Assembly: GCA_963663235.2 (NCBI GenBank)
Contig: CAXXNO010000008.1
Location: 64,001-128,000, forward strand
Direction: 5' to 3'
Length of the DNA: 64,000 bases
From: Dehalococcoidia bacterium
GTDB taxonomy: Bacteria > Chloroflexota > Dehalococcoidia > Bin125
The translations under genes and the position numbers were made by a program. Below the pieces are notes generated by a model. It was given only the letters and a program-made list of their open reading frames with translations. It ran no database searches and was not told where the DNA came from. The number at the start of each line of letters is the position of its first letter. The first letter of the stretch is position 1. Of the stretch, positions 1 through 9,895 are shown piece by piece.

Positions 1-696
1 TCAGCTTCCGGGACGTCGCCGAACTGCTCCTCGAGCGAGGCTACACGGTGACGCATGAGACGATCCGCGATTGGGAGTTCCGCTTCGCGCCACTCCTGGC
101 GGACCGGCTTCGCGCCAAGCGGCGCGGTCGCGCGGGCGTCTCCTGGTACATCGATGAGACCTACGTGAAGGTCGCCGGGCGATGGTGCTACCTCTATCGC
201 GCGATCGACCGGGAGGGCGCGCTGCTCGATTCGATGCTGAGCGCGCACCGCGACAAGCATGCCGCGCGACGCTTCCTGCGGGGTCTCATACAGATCGCCG
301 AACGGAAGCCCTTACGCATCACGACCGACGCGCATCCCGCGTATCGCAAGGCGATCCGGTGGATCGTCGGGCGGAAGGTGCGACATCGCTGCAATCAATA
401 CCTCAACAACTGGATTGAGCAGGATCACCGCGCCATCAAGCAGCGCTACTATCCGATGCGGGGCTTCGGGCGGTTCGCTTCCGCTGCCCAGTTCTGCGCG
501 GCCTTCGATGCGCTGCGCCAGTACTTTCGCGTTCCGCCCCGGCCCGGACTACCGATCCCGTTGGCGACGCGGCGCCCGCTGTTCGTCGCCCGCTGGCGGT
601 CCCTGATCCAGGAGATGCAGGTCGCCTAGGACACCATCAACGCTCGCCGGATCACCACGCATCGTTGGCCCCGCTGCCCTCAGATCTGACAGAACC
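1..696 (+). mobile_element. IS6-family insertion sequence, 3' portion (left end outside window)
   Basis: DDE transposase followed by CAGATCTGACAGAACC at 681-696; its reverse complement GGTTCTGTCAGATCTG resembles IS6 terminal inverted repeats. Confidence 0.85.
3..629 (+). CDS. IS6-family transposase, 5'-partial
   Basis: Frame open from window start (SFRDVAELLLERGYTVTHETIRDW); motifs DETYVKV.G.W.YLYRAID, TD, YLNN.IEQDHR.IK. Confidence 0.92.
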   Translation, partial: SFRDVAELLLERGYTVTHETIRDWEFRFAPLLADRLRAKRRGRAGVSWYIDETYVKVAGRWCYLYRAIDREGALLDSMLSAHRDKHAARRFLRGLIQIAERKPLRITTDAHPAYRKAIRWIVGRKVRHRCNQYLNNWIEQDHRAIKQRYYPMRGFGRFASAAQFCAAFDALRQYFRVPPRPGLPIPLATRRPLFVARWRSLIQEMQVA

Positions 697-923
697 CTGC
701 CGGCATGCCCACGCTTGGAAGGGATCATCGGTTCGCTTTCCGGCCCCTTATATCGGCGCCGGCTGGCGCCGCGCTCTCCCCAAAGACTTTACAGGAAGCC
801 GAGCGACCGTCATTCACGTGAGCTGTCCTCTTCTATGCAAGAGCACACGGGCGCCCACCCCTCGCTTGCCGTGCGTGACGGGCTTCGCGTGCCCACCTCG
901 TCACGGGACGCGGCTCGCGGCCG

Positions 924-2456
924 CTATGCGTACACTCCGAGCGACTCGAAAGCGTGTCCGGCGCGCAGGATGACGGCGTCCTCCCAGAGCCGGCCCACCA
1001 ACATCATGCCGACGGGGAGCCCGTCCACCTTCGCGCAGGGAACCGTCAGCGCTGGGTGGCCGGTCATATTCATCGGACAGGTGTTGAGGTGATAGCTGAA
1101 CGCGCCCGCGACGTATTCTTCGGGATTGGGGTCGTCAAGGATCGGGAGCGCCTTACCTTGCGGGGCGGCGGTCGGCATGACGAGGACATCGACTTCGCCG
1201 AGGGCGGCATCGTACGCGTCCCTGAGCAGCCGCGACTGGTTCTGCGCTCTCGCATAGTAGTGCCCGTGGTACTGCTCGGTCATGTAGTGCCCCTGCAGGA
1301 TGATCAGCTTGTAGAGGTGCGAGAAGCTCTGCGCCATGGTCTTGCGCGACCGGGCGAAGAAGTCGTTCGCGCGGGTGTCGTAGTAGCCCTTCCAGCCGAA
1401 GCCGACGCCGTTGCCATAGACCACCTGGTTGAACAGCCCGTCGATCAAGATCGCCGTGAACACGTGTGTGCCGTCACGGTGCAGGGGGATGGAGATCTCT
1501 TTGACCTTGGCGCCCAGCTTCTCGAAGCTGCGGGCCGCCTCGCGCACGGCCTCGTCGGTTTCCTGGGAGTCGTCATCCCAGCCGAACCCTTCACGCACCA
1601 GCCCGATCGTCAGGTCCTTGACGTCACCGGTGAGTGTCTGAGTGTAGGGCTGCGTCTTGACCGGGTGACGCTGCCGCGGGTCGAGTGGGTCGTCGCCCGC
1701 GACGACCTCCAGCAAGAGCGCCGTATCCTCGACGGTCCGGCAGATCGGGCCCACGTGATCCACCGTGAGTTCGAGCGGCGCGATGCCGGTGTACGGGATC
1801 AGGCCATAGGTCGCCTTTAATCCCACGGCTCCGGAGAGAGATGCGGGAATCCGGATCGAGCCCCCCTGGTCTGCGCCCAACGTCAGGTCGCAATCACCGT
1901 TGACGACCAGCGCGGCGCTGCCGCTGGATGATCCCCCAGCGGAGTAGGCGGGGTTATGGGGATTGCGCACCGGCCGCGGGACCGATGTAATCGAACCGCC
2001 GGAGACACAGAGATCCTCACAGGTTGCCTTGCCGACGATCTCGCCGCCCTCATCCAGAATGCGCGTGACGACGGTTGCGTCCACGTCGGGCATGAAGCCC
2101 TCGAGGATCGCGGAACCGGCCATCATCGGCACACCGGCCACACAGATCGAATCCTTCACGGCCACCTTTTTCCCGGCGAGCTTGCCGCTGGGCGCCCCCT
2201 TGACGGAGCAGCGCCAATACCAGGCGTTGAGCGGGTTTTCCTCCGGGAGCGGTTGGACGCCCGGGGTGCGCGGGTATGTGACTGCGGGCTTGGGCTCGGG
2301 AAGCTCTCCGATCCGGCGGTACGACGGCATGAGACCCTCGATCATGTCGTAGAAGAAATCGACCTCCTCTTCGTCCAACTCAAAGTGGTACTGAAGAGCA
2401 ATGTCCCGGAGTTCATCCCGCGTGGGCGGAATGATGCCGCCGATCTGCCTGCGCAT
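924..2456 (-). CDS. Amidase signature family protein
   Basis: KD, GGSSSGS and GADQGGSIRIPA (Ser-cisSer-Lys triad). Confidence 0.92.
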   Translation of the reverse strand: MRRQIGGIIPPTRDELRDIALQYHFELDEEEVDFFYDMIEGLMPSYRRIGELPEPKPAVTYPRTPGVQPLPEENPLNAWYWRCSVKGAPSGKLAGKKVAVKDSICVAGVPMMAGSAILEGFMPDVDATVVTRILDEGGEIVGKATCEDLCVSGGSITSVPRPVRNPHNPAYSAGGSSSGSAALVVNGDCDLTLGADQGGSIRIPASLSGAVGLKATYGLIPYTGIAPLELTVDHVGPICRTVEDTALLLEVVAGDDPLDPRQRHPVKTQPYTQTLTGDVKDLTIGLVREGFGWDDDSQETDEAVREAARSFEKLGAKVKEISIPLHRDGTHVFTAILIDGLFNQVVYGNGVGFGWKGYYDTRANDFFARSRKTMAQSFSHLYKLIILQGHYMTEQYHGHYYARAQNQSRLLRDAYDAALGEVDVLVMPTAAPQGKALPILDDPNPEEYVAGAFSYHLNTCPMNMTGHPALTVPCAKVDGLPVGMMLVGRLWEDAVILRAGHAFESLGVYA

Positions 2457-2569
2457 GTGACCCCCTTCTCAGTCGCTGAACTAGCTGCCGACAGTTGCTC
2501 GAAGCAAAAAGTCTAACACCTACCGGCGGACGGCCCAGGGGGCGAGCTGTTCGATCGGGTCGCCGCCGG

Positions 2570-3103
2570 CTACTGGTCCGTTGAGAAGCGACGGCGGATC
2601 TCCCGATCGATGGTGTCGAAGATCTCCTGGACCCGTGCCTCCATCTGTCCGGCCATCCGCTCCCGCTCTCGACCTCGGCGGCGTCGCTGCCGGTGGCCGA
2701 TCCGTCCGCCCAGCGTCAGGAAGAGGGCGAGGGCGAACACCGTCCAGGCCCACGATGAGGCGCCGCCTCCTTCGTCGAGAAAGTCGATGGCGTGCGAGGT
2801 GAGCAGCCCCAGGAGGATTGCGAGCGTTGTGACCACCGGTTCCAGCGACCGGAGCCCGGTGAAACGGATCCGGACATCGCCATCGCGCACCTCCACGGGC
2901 AGGTCGCGCAGGGCGCTGCGGTTCCGTGGCACCGGGATCGTCCCGCCCAGAAACACACCGCGAGCGACCAGCGCCAGCGCGAGCGCAAAGGCCAGCCAGG
3001 CCACGGCGTGCGTGTCGCCGTCGGCATCGGCAAAATCGATTGCGCCGCTGGCGAGGAGGCCCAGCAGAACCGCGGTTACCGCGGGGATCAGGCTGAGCGT
3101 CAT
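2570..3103 (-). CDS. Hypothetical membrane protein with internal duplication
   Basis: GAGGAGG SD upstream; two copies of LLGLLxSxAIDFxD...AWxxFALAL. Confidence 0.65.
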   Translation of the reverse strand: MTLSLIPAVTAVLLGLLASGAIDFADADGDTHAVAWLAFALALALVARGVFLGGTIPVPRNRSALRDLPVEVRDGDVRIRFTGLRSLEPVVTTLAILLGLLTSHAIDFLDEGGGASSWAWTVFALALFLTLGGRIGHRQRRRRGRERERMAGQMEARVQEIFDTIDREIRRRFSTDQ

Positions 3104-3139
3104 CGTGCGGCCTCCTCTTCGGCGGGCTTCCAGACCGAC

Positions 3140-3330
3140 CTAACGTGCCTCCCCTGACGTCCGATCCACGCCCGGGCGCAGGGACACGAACCAGTAGCCC
3201 GCTTTGACCAGGATGGCTCCACCGATCACGTTTCCGATGGTGACCGGCAGCAGATTCTGCACGAAGAAGTTGGCCCAAGTCAGGCCGGCGAGCTCCGCAG
3301 CGTTCAACCCGCTCGCCCCGGCGCCGGTCA
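3140..3330 (-). pseudogene. C-terminal remnant of a formate/nitrite transporter (5' boundary approximate)
   Basis: LTWANFFVQNLLPVTIGNVIGGAILV..YWF matches the FNT C-terminal motif; rest of the gene absent. Confidence 0.7.
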
Positions 3331-3404
3331 AGGCTAGGGGCGAGCGGGCTGTTGTGCCGAACCGTTGCCGGTCGGCTACACTCCGTCCGGAGAGGACCAC
3401 GCCC

Positions 3405-4235
3405 ATGACCACTGCGCGCCGTTCCGGTGAATGTCGCATCACGGCATTCCTGGATGATCCCGAAAACATGAATATCCCGAACATCATGCATAGTACCCAG
3501 GGCGCGCAGCAGTTCGGCTACAAGGCGGCGCTTGTCGGCGGAACTACGGTCTACGGCTGGGCCGTTCCCGCGGTTCTCCAGGTGTTCGGTTCGGAGTGGC
3601 TGCACAATGGCTGGCACGATGTGACGTTCCGCAAGCCGGTGTTCCCAGGGGATGAGATCACCACCAGCGTGACGGAGCGCGACGATGGCGCAGCCGACCT
3701 GGTCATGGTCAACCAGGATGGCGGAAGCTGCGTGATGGGGACTGTGGGCGTGGACGACGCTCCCTGGCTGGACGAACTGCGGATGCCGCAGCGGCTCACG
3801 CCGGAGCCGAAGCTGGATCGTGTGCCGGACCTCACGCTCCAAGACGCGCCAGTCGGGCAGGACCTGCGGCCGCTGGCGGAAGCCATCTCGAAAGAGGAAG
3901 CTGAGCGCTTCGCTCGAGAAGAGGAGCGCGATACTGACCCACTGTGGGCCGGCGAGCGACCGCGCCTGCACCCGGGCTGGATCGCCTTCCGGGTGTGGCC
4001 GTTCATCCGCCACAGCGTGCATATGGGCCCGATCCTTCACACGCGGAGTCAGATCCAGCATGTCGCTCCGGCGTTCGCTGGGCAGACCATCACGACGGCC
4101 GGCCACTTCGTCGAAGCGTACGAGCGCAAGGGGCACCACTACTGCCTCGTCGATGGCGTCGCGCTATCAGAGGACGGACAGGCACTGGCCCGCTTCCGCC
4201 ACACGACGATCTTCAAGATCGCCGCGCGAGCCTGA
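3405..4235 (+). CDS. Double hot-dog (MaoC-like) dehydratase family protein
   Basis: N.MH...AQQFGYKAALVGG and FRKPVFPGDEI motifs; GGAGAGG SD before ATG 3405. Confidence 0.75.
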   Translation: MTTARRSGECRITAFLDDPENMNIPNIMHSTQGAQQFGYKAALVGGTTVYGWAVPAVLQVFGSEWLHNGWHDVTFRKPVFPGDEITTSVTERDDGAADLVMVNQDGGSCVMGTVGVDDAPWLDELRMPQRLTPEPKLDRVPDLTLQDAPVGQDLRPLAEAISKEEAERFAREEERDTDPLWAGERPRLHPGWIAFRVWPFIRHSVHMGPILHTRSQIQHVAPAFAGQTITTAGHFVEAYERKGHHYCLVDGVALSEDGQALARFRHTTIFKIAARA

Positions 4236-4262
4236 GCGACCGCGGCGCGCCGGCCCCGTCGC

Positions 4263-5363
4263 TCAGACGATCAGCGCGATCCCGCCCACAATCACCAGCG
4301 CGCCGAGCACGGCCCAGCGGGTGGCCCGCTCTCGCAAGAAGACGGTGGCGAGGACGATCCCGAAGAGCGGCGCGGTTGAGAAGAGCACGGCGAACTCCCC
4401 CGAGCTGATGCGCTGTAGGGATATTACGATCAGGAGCGTCAGCAGCCCGGTTCCGATGAGCCCCGAAACAGCGAGCACCGCGTGGCTCCGCAGAGGCAGC
4501 GCTCGCCGCCGGAGGGTCGAGTTCGGCCGGACCAGCGCCACGACGAGGACGAAGAGGATGACCGCAGGCATCCGCACCGAGGCCGCGGGAGCCGCGTCGA
4601 ACCCTGCGGAGGCGCTGCGCAGCCAGACCGTCGCTCCGCCCCACATGACGCCGAGGGCGACCGCGAAGATGATCCCGACGATCAGGGAGTGAGCCATGAG
4701 GCGGCTCGGGCGCTTGACCGCACACTGTCCCAGAATTGTGAGCGCCGGAACGGCATCAGGGGCTACGGCGCTGTCTCCTGCGATCGACGGCCGCTTACGA
4801 GTCAGCAAGCGGCCCAACCACGATCGCCGCGGCGGGGCGTCGACCATCGGTTCTGGCGTCCTGCTCTCTTGCGGTCGGCCGTAGAACGTGACGATATAGA
4901 CGCCGAGGATTATGACGGCCGAGCCCACGCCAACCTGCCAGGTCAAGGTGTCGCCAATAAAGATCAGGCCGAAGACGAAAGCGAAGATCACAGTGCCGCC
5001 CGTGCTGATCGCGAAGGTGCGCGTGAGCCCGAGGAGCGGGATCGTGACGGCGTAGAGGGTCTCGGCCATGCCGGTGGCGAGAAAGCCGGTGCCCACCAGT
5101 GCTGCGATATCGACGGTGCTCATCCGTGCGTAGTCGCCTTCGGCTCCCAGCACAAACGTCGCAGGGAAGAGGAAGATTGCGCCCCAGACGAACCGCACCA
5201 AGCTCAAGGTGAACGCATCGACTCGTGACGCCTGCGAGGCGATCAACGTGCTCGCCACTGCCCACACAGCGGCGGTCGCCATCGCGGCGGCGAAGCCGAT
5301 AGCCATCCTTCGCGCCTCTGTTTCCACCGCGGCGCTCAGAGAGCGCCCAGTTGTCTCCGGCAT
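4263..5363 (-). CDS. DMT/EamA family transporter
   Basis: Two EamA-like hydrophobic halves ending FLRERATRWAVLGALVIVGGIALI; start uncertain. Confidence 0.85.
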   Translation of the reverse strand: MPETTGRSLSAAVETEARRMAIGFAAAMATAAVWAVASTLIASQASRVDAFTLSLVRFVWGAIFLFPATFVLGAEGDYARMSTVDIAALVGTGFLATGMAETLYAVTIPLLGLTRTFAISTGGTVIFAFVFGLIFIGDTLTWQVGVGSAVIILGVYIVTFYGRPQESRTPEPMVDAPPRRSWLGRLLTRKRPSIAGDSAVAPDAVPALTILGQCAVKRPSRLMAHSLIVGIIFAVALGVMWGGATVWLRSASAGFDAAPAASVRMPAVILFVLVVALVRPNSTLRRRALPLRSHAVLAVSGLIGTGLLTLLIVISLQRISSGEFAVLFSTAPLFGIVLATVFLRERATRWAVLGALVIVGGIALIV

Positions 5364-5461
5364 CCTAGAGAACGGTGGAGCCCGCGCATACGCGCGGGCT
5401 CGCTCCATGAGGCGGGCGGCGCCCGTTTGGGCGCTTGGGGCGCGGCGGGCCTCGGGCGCCG

Positions 5462-6922
5462 CTAAGCGCGCAGGCCCATCTCGGCGAGGAGCGGGGGCCA
5501 GCGATCCTTCCAAGGAGCGGCCGCTTCGTAGGCCGCCGACGCACGCAGCACCATGGGGTCGTCCAAGTGCCGCCCGACGATCTGCAGCCCCACGGGTAGG
5601 CCGTCGTTCGTCCAGCCCGCCGGGACGGAGGCGGCCGGCTGCCCGGTCATGTTCATCGGGAAGGTGAAGGCGAGCCAGCGGAAGGGTGCGCCGATCTTGC
5701 CGTCGATCTTTTCGGGGCCTTGCATGTGGATGGGGAAGGGCGGCACCGCCAGCGTGGGAGTGAGGAGCAGATCGTAGGTGCGCATGAACCGCCACATCTT
5801 GTTGCACACCGCTTTGCGGCCGATCATGGCGTTGGTGAGGTCCTCGGCGCTCCACGGCGTGCGGAGGAAATCGAGTAGATGCGGCGACATCTTGTCCTGG
5901 TACTTCTCAGCCATCGCCCGCATGCCTTTGAGGTCGGTTTCCGCCGCCACGATGCCCCAGAAGGCCTCGTACGGGTCCTCCCAGCCTGGATGCGCCTCCT
6001 CCACGGTGCAGCCCAGGTCGCGTTCGAACACCCGCGCCGCCTCGCCGGCGAGCCGCCGTACCTCGGGATCGACGGCCGCGTAGCCCCAGTCGGCGCTATA
6101 CGCCACGCGTAGCCCCTTCAGGTCGCCCTGGAGGCAGCCCATCCAGTCGAAGTTCGGCTCGGGCAGGCTGTGGCGGTCGCGGTCGTCGGGACCGGTGATG
6201 ACCGAGAGCATGAGCGCGCTGTCGGCCACCGTTCGGCTGAGAGGACCGATGTGCTCGATGCTTTCCCAGCTCGACATACCGGGATAGCGCTCATCGCGGC
6301 ACCCGGGATAGAGCGGGACCCGTCCCATGGACGCCTTGATCCCGTACAGGCCGCAGTGCGCCGCGGGAATGCGGACCGACCCGCCTCCGTCACTGCCGAT
6401 CGCGAACGGCGACATGCCGGTGGCGACTGCGACGGCGGAGCCGGCGCTTGAGCCGCCCGGTGTGAGATCCGTGTTCCAGGGGTTGACGGTGGTTTCGAAC
6501 ACTGGGTTGTGCCCGGTACCGCTGTAACCGAACTCGGGCACGTTTGTCTTGCCCAACACGATCGCCCCGGCCCCTTTGAGCCGCTCGACTACAACGTCAT
6601 CTTCATCCGGGATGAAGTCCTTGTAGGCGAACGATCCCGACGCGGTGCGGACGCCCTTGGTGGCAACGAGGTCCTTGATCCCGACAGGAACCCCGGCCAA
6701 CGGGCCCACGTCCTTGCCCGCCGCGATGTCGGCCTCGATCCGCTTCGCGTCGGCGCGCGCGGCATCGAGAGTTGGCGTGCAGAAGGCGTGGAGGATCGGC
6801 TCCAGCTTCTCCATCCTACCCATCACGGCATCGATCACCTCGACGGGCGACAGCCGCTTGGACCGGACGTCATCCGCGAGTGTGACGGCGTCCAGTTCAC
6901 AGATTTCACTGGTTGTGGCCAT
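5462..6922 (-). CDS. Amidase signature family protein
   Basis: GVPVGIKD, GGSSAGS, GSDGGGSVRIPA. Confidence 0.93.
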   Translation of the reverse strand: MATTSEICELDAVTLADDVRSKRLSPVEVIDAVMGRMEKLEPILHAFCTPTLDAARADAKRIEADIAAGKDVGPLAGVPVGIKDLVATKGVRTASGSFAYKDFIPDEDDVVVERLKGAGAIVLGKTNVPEFGYSGTGHNPVFETTVNPWNTDLTPGGSSAGSAVAVATGMSPFAIGSDGGGSVRIPAAHCGLYGIKASMGRVPLYPGCRDERYPGMSSWESIEHIGPLSRTVADSALMLSVITGPDDRDRHSLPEPNFDWMGCLQGDLKGLRVAYSADWGYAAVDPEVRRLAGEAARVFERDLGCTVEEAHPGWEDPYEAFWGIVAAETDLKGMRAMAEKYQDKMSPHLLDFLRTPWSAEDLTNAMIGRKAVCNKMWRFMRTYDLLLTPTLAVPPFPIHMQGPEKIDGKIGAPFRWLAFTFPMNMTGQPAASVPAGWTNDGLPVGLQIVGRHLDDPMVLRASAAYEAAAPWKDRWPPLLAEMGLRA

Positions 6923-7119
6923 CTCGGGAGCCTCCTTCACTGGCGCCGTTGGACCTGGGACTGTCCGGAGGGGTGAGCGGCGGCGCGCGAGACTGCGTCA
7001 GCGGTCGTGTGCACTGCGCCGCGGCTGACCACGTGTTTCAACTTCTCAACTGCGCCCCACCAGGGCCGCGGGCAGCGCACGCCGCGCGACCCGCGGCCGG
7101 CCGTGGCCCCGCTCGCGCG

Positions 7120-7593
7120 CTAGATCGGGACGAACTGCTGTTCAACCCAGCCCTTGTCGTATGAGGTCACGAAGTTAATGTTGAGCTTCGTCTCGTCGAA
7201 GAGCCACTTGCCGCCGACCTTCTGATACGTGTCGTTATAGGTCATGGCGATCCAGACCGGCTCGCCCCTGAACGTGCCGAGCTCCCACAGGTACCAGTGG
7301 CCCGTGGCCGCAGTACCGGACGGATCGACGTCAATCGTGCTGCCCGTCATGAAGTGCATGCAGAACGTGAGCTCTGAGCCCATTCCGGCGAAGAACTCGC
7401 GGATCGCGTCGCGTCCCTCGTTCCGCCCGAAGGGCCCGCCGTCCATCACGCCGTTCTCCATGAAGAGCTCCGCGAGCTCGTCCGCGCGGAAGTTGTCGTC
7501 CACCAGTTGGGCATACTGGTGCTTCAGCCGACGGATATCTTCGATATCCTCGGCGCGCTGCATCCGCTTTTCGAGGTCTTCTAGGGTCGCCAT
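7120..7593 (-). CDS. NTF2/SnoaL-like protein (LinA/BaiE-like)
   Basis: EDIEDIRRLKHQYAQLVD, GRDAIREFF, H, Y.D.Y.KVGGKWLF pattern; GGAGG SD. Confidence 0.82.
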   Translation of the reverse strand: MATLEDLEKRMQRAEDIEDIRRLKHQYAQLVDDNFRADELAELFMENGVMDGGPFGRNEGRDAIREFFAGMGSELTFCMHFMTGSTIDVDPSGTAATGHWYLWELGTFRGEPVWIAMTYNDTYQKVGGKWLFDETKLNINFVTSYDKGWVEQQFVPI

Positions 7594-8107
7594 CTGCCGC
7601 TCCTCCCAGGGTGCTTGATCCGGACTCCGTCTGTTGAGGCGCGAGGCTAACAGCCGCCCTTCGGCCCTACAAGGCGAGGGAGCCGTACCGGTGACCCGCC
7701 TACGGCTATCCAGTCTCGATGCCCAGGGCAACGGTGGCCGCGACAACGCCGATCGCGCCGCCGCTCATCCCCAACGTCCCGGCGACACCCTCTGGCGCGT
7801 CACAGAGCACAGAGCTGGTGACGCGGTCGGCGACACCCCTGGAGAGCGAGCGCGTACAATTCGTCGGGCAGTTGCACGTATCTCACCTCCGCCGAATCGA
7901 TGAGGGTCCGGCCCTCGGTGAAGTGGAACTCCACGAACTCCGGAACCTCGAGTTCTGCGACGGCAGGGGCCTCGCTCTCGCTCTCCTTAGGCGGTGGGCT
8001 CGCTACAAGGAGATGCGGCGCGCCAGGCGGTCCGTGCGGGCTTGGGACGGGACGGGGAGTTGGACGGGAAGGCGATACGGTCACGGATGTGATGCAGCTG
8101 CCGGGTG

Positions 8108-9742
8108 CTATGTCAGGCCCAGTTCCCGGGTGCATATCTCCCGCAGCTTGTACTTCTGCACCTTGCCTGTCGAGGTGACGGGGTACTCGTCCACGAAGAG
8201 GACGTGGCGTGGGATCTTGAAGCTGGCGATCCTACCGCGGCAGTGTTCGAGCAACTCGTCCGCTGTCGCCGTCTGGCCGGGCTCGGGCAGGACGCACGCG
8301 CAGGCAACCTCCGTAAGCTGGGTGTCTGACACGCCGACCACGGCCACCTGTTGCACCGCGGGGTGCTCCAGCAGCAGCGCTTCGACTTCCGCCGCATCGA
8401 CGTTCTCGCCGCCGACTTTCAACATGTCTTTGTACCGACCAAGGAATCGGATCGTTTCGTCGTCGCGCATGACGGCCATGTCGCCCGTGTGCATCCAGCC
8501 CTCGGCGTCGATCGCCTTGGCGGTCTCCTCGGGCTCCTTGTAGTAGCCCTGCATCATCCCATAGCCGCGGCAACAGAGCTCGCCGGGCGTGCCGTGGGAA
8601 ACGATCTCACCGGTGTCCGGTTCCACGATCTTGAACTCCCAGCCCGGCAACGCCACACCGGACATCGTGCAGCGATCATTGTCGCTGTCGTCTGGGAATC
8701 CGAGGGACACGGCCACGCCGAGTTCGGTCATGCCGTAGCCGCTGACCGTCGGACACAGGACGGCTTGCGTGCGCCGCACGACTGGCTCGCTACGGGCGAG
8801 CCCGGCGACCTGGAGGCCGGTTCGCAGACTGGAGGTGTCCGTCTCCCCGAATTGGGGGTGCTCCATGAGACCGAGAAAGTGGGCATCGAAGCCCTGGATG
8901 CGGGTCGCGCGCTCTGCCGCGATCAGCCTGAGCGCCTCGCTCGGGTCGTACTGCTCCATCAGGACCACGCGTGCCCCGCTGACGATCGACATCAGCGGCC
9001 CCTGGTGCAGTCCGGCCAAATGGAACAGCGGCAGATAGGTGAGGATCACGTCGTCCGCCCTCACGCCCATGCGGTTCTGGTGCGCCGAGGCGTTGTGGAG
9101 AAGGTCGTGGTTGTGCATCACCCCCTTGGGAAACCCAGTGGTGCCGGAGGTGTACATGAGGAGGACGGTCGCGTCGGGATCGATAGCCCGCTGACGGGCC
9201 GCCAGTTCCTGGTCGGGGAGCGCGTCACCGGCCGCCAGGACATCTTTCCACCGCCTCGTTCCCGGGTACGCGGACTCGCTGAGGACGATTACGCGTCGCA
9301 GCGCTGGAAAGGCTGCGCTGCGGAGGTCGTTGGGATCGCGGCAGGACCTGAGTTCCGGGATCAGGTCGCGCACGATCGCGAGGTAGTCAATGGGGCCAGA
9401 GCGATCAGGCAAGATCAGGGTCGTGCTGTCCGACTGACGGAGCACGTACTCCACGTCCGTGGTGCGGAACCGGGTGTTGATCGGTAGAAAGACGGCACCG
9501 ATCTTCGCCGCGCCGAAGAAGGCTTGAATCCACTCCGGGCGGTTGGTCAGCCACAGCGCCACCGTTTCACCGGGTTCTACGCCGCTCGCAATCAGCCCCC
9601 GCGCCGCCCGGTTGCTCTCCAACTGGACTTGGTCGAAGCTCCAGCGCCGCCCGCCAAAGGCCAGCGCTTCGCGCAGGCCGAAGCGCTCCGCCGCGCGGTC
9701 CAGCGTGGCGCCGATGGTTATCTTCTCGATCCAGGCGCTCAT
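8108..9742 (-). CDS. Acyl-CoA synthetase (AMP-binding)
   Basis: YTSGTTGFPKG, YGMTE, HTGD, GRYKD and TGKVQK motifs. Confidence 0.93.
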   Translation of the reverse strand: MSAWIEKITIGATLDRAAERFGLREALAFGGRRWSFDQVQLESNRAARGLIASGVEPGETVALWLTNRPEWIQAFFGAAKIGAVFLPINTRFRTTDVEYVLRQSDSTTLILPDRSGPIDYLAIVRDLIPELRSCRDPNDLRSAAFPALRRVIVLSESAYPGTRRWKDVLAAGDALPDQELAARQRAIDPDATVLLMYTSGTTGFPKGVMHNHDLLHNASAHQNRMGVRADDVILTYLPLFHLAGLHQGPLMSIVSGARVVLMEQYDPSEALRLIAAERATRIQGFDAHFLGLMEHPQFGETDTSSLRTGLQVAGLARSEPVVRRTQAVLCPTVSGYGMTELGVAVSLGFPDDSDNDRCTMSGVALPGWEFKIVEPDTGEIVSHGTPGELCCRGYGMMQGYYKEPEETAKAIDAEGWMHTGDMAVMRDDETIRFLGRYKDMLKVGGENVDAAEVEALLLEHPAVQQVAVVGVSDTQLTEVACACVLPEPGQTATADELLEHCRGRIASFKIPRHVLFVDEYPVTSTGKVQKYKLREICTRELGLT

Positions 9743-9895
9743 GGCACGATCCCTGGTGCTGCATGCCGGCGATCTGCGGCCGCGGGCCGGTCAGGTCGGC
9801 GTCGAGAGCGTTAGTCTAGTTAGGGTCGCGCCGGAGAGTCGACGCCGGCACGCGGGGACGCGGGGAGGACACGCGGGATCGGGGAGACGGGTGCG

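Noticed and set aside
2520-4139. Long antisense ORFs (also 11577-13031, 15116-16777, 19648-21096, 35584-36999)
   Set aside because: Shadow ORFs typical of high-GC DNA, opposite well-supported genes and without motifs
7700-8000. Possible frameshifted small gene on the minus strand (AELEVPEFVEFHF...) with AAGGAG upstream
   Set aside because: No start codon at SD distance and no recognisable family; cannot support a call
9811-9825. AT-rich TTAGTCTAGTTAG between divergent genes as an operator
   Set aside because: Not a true palindrome and not repeated; may just be promoter sequence
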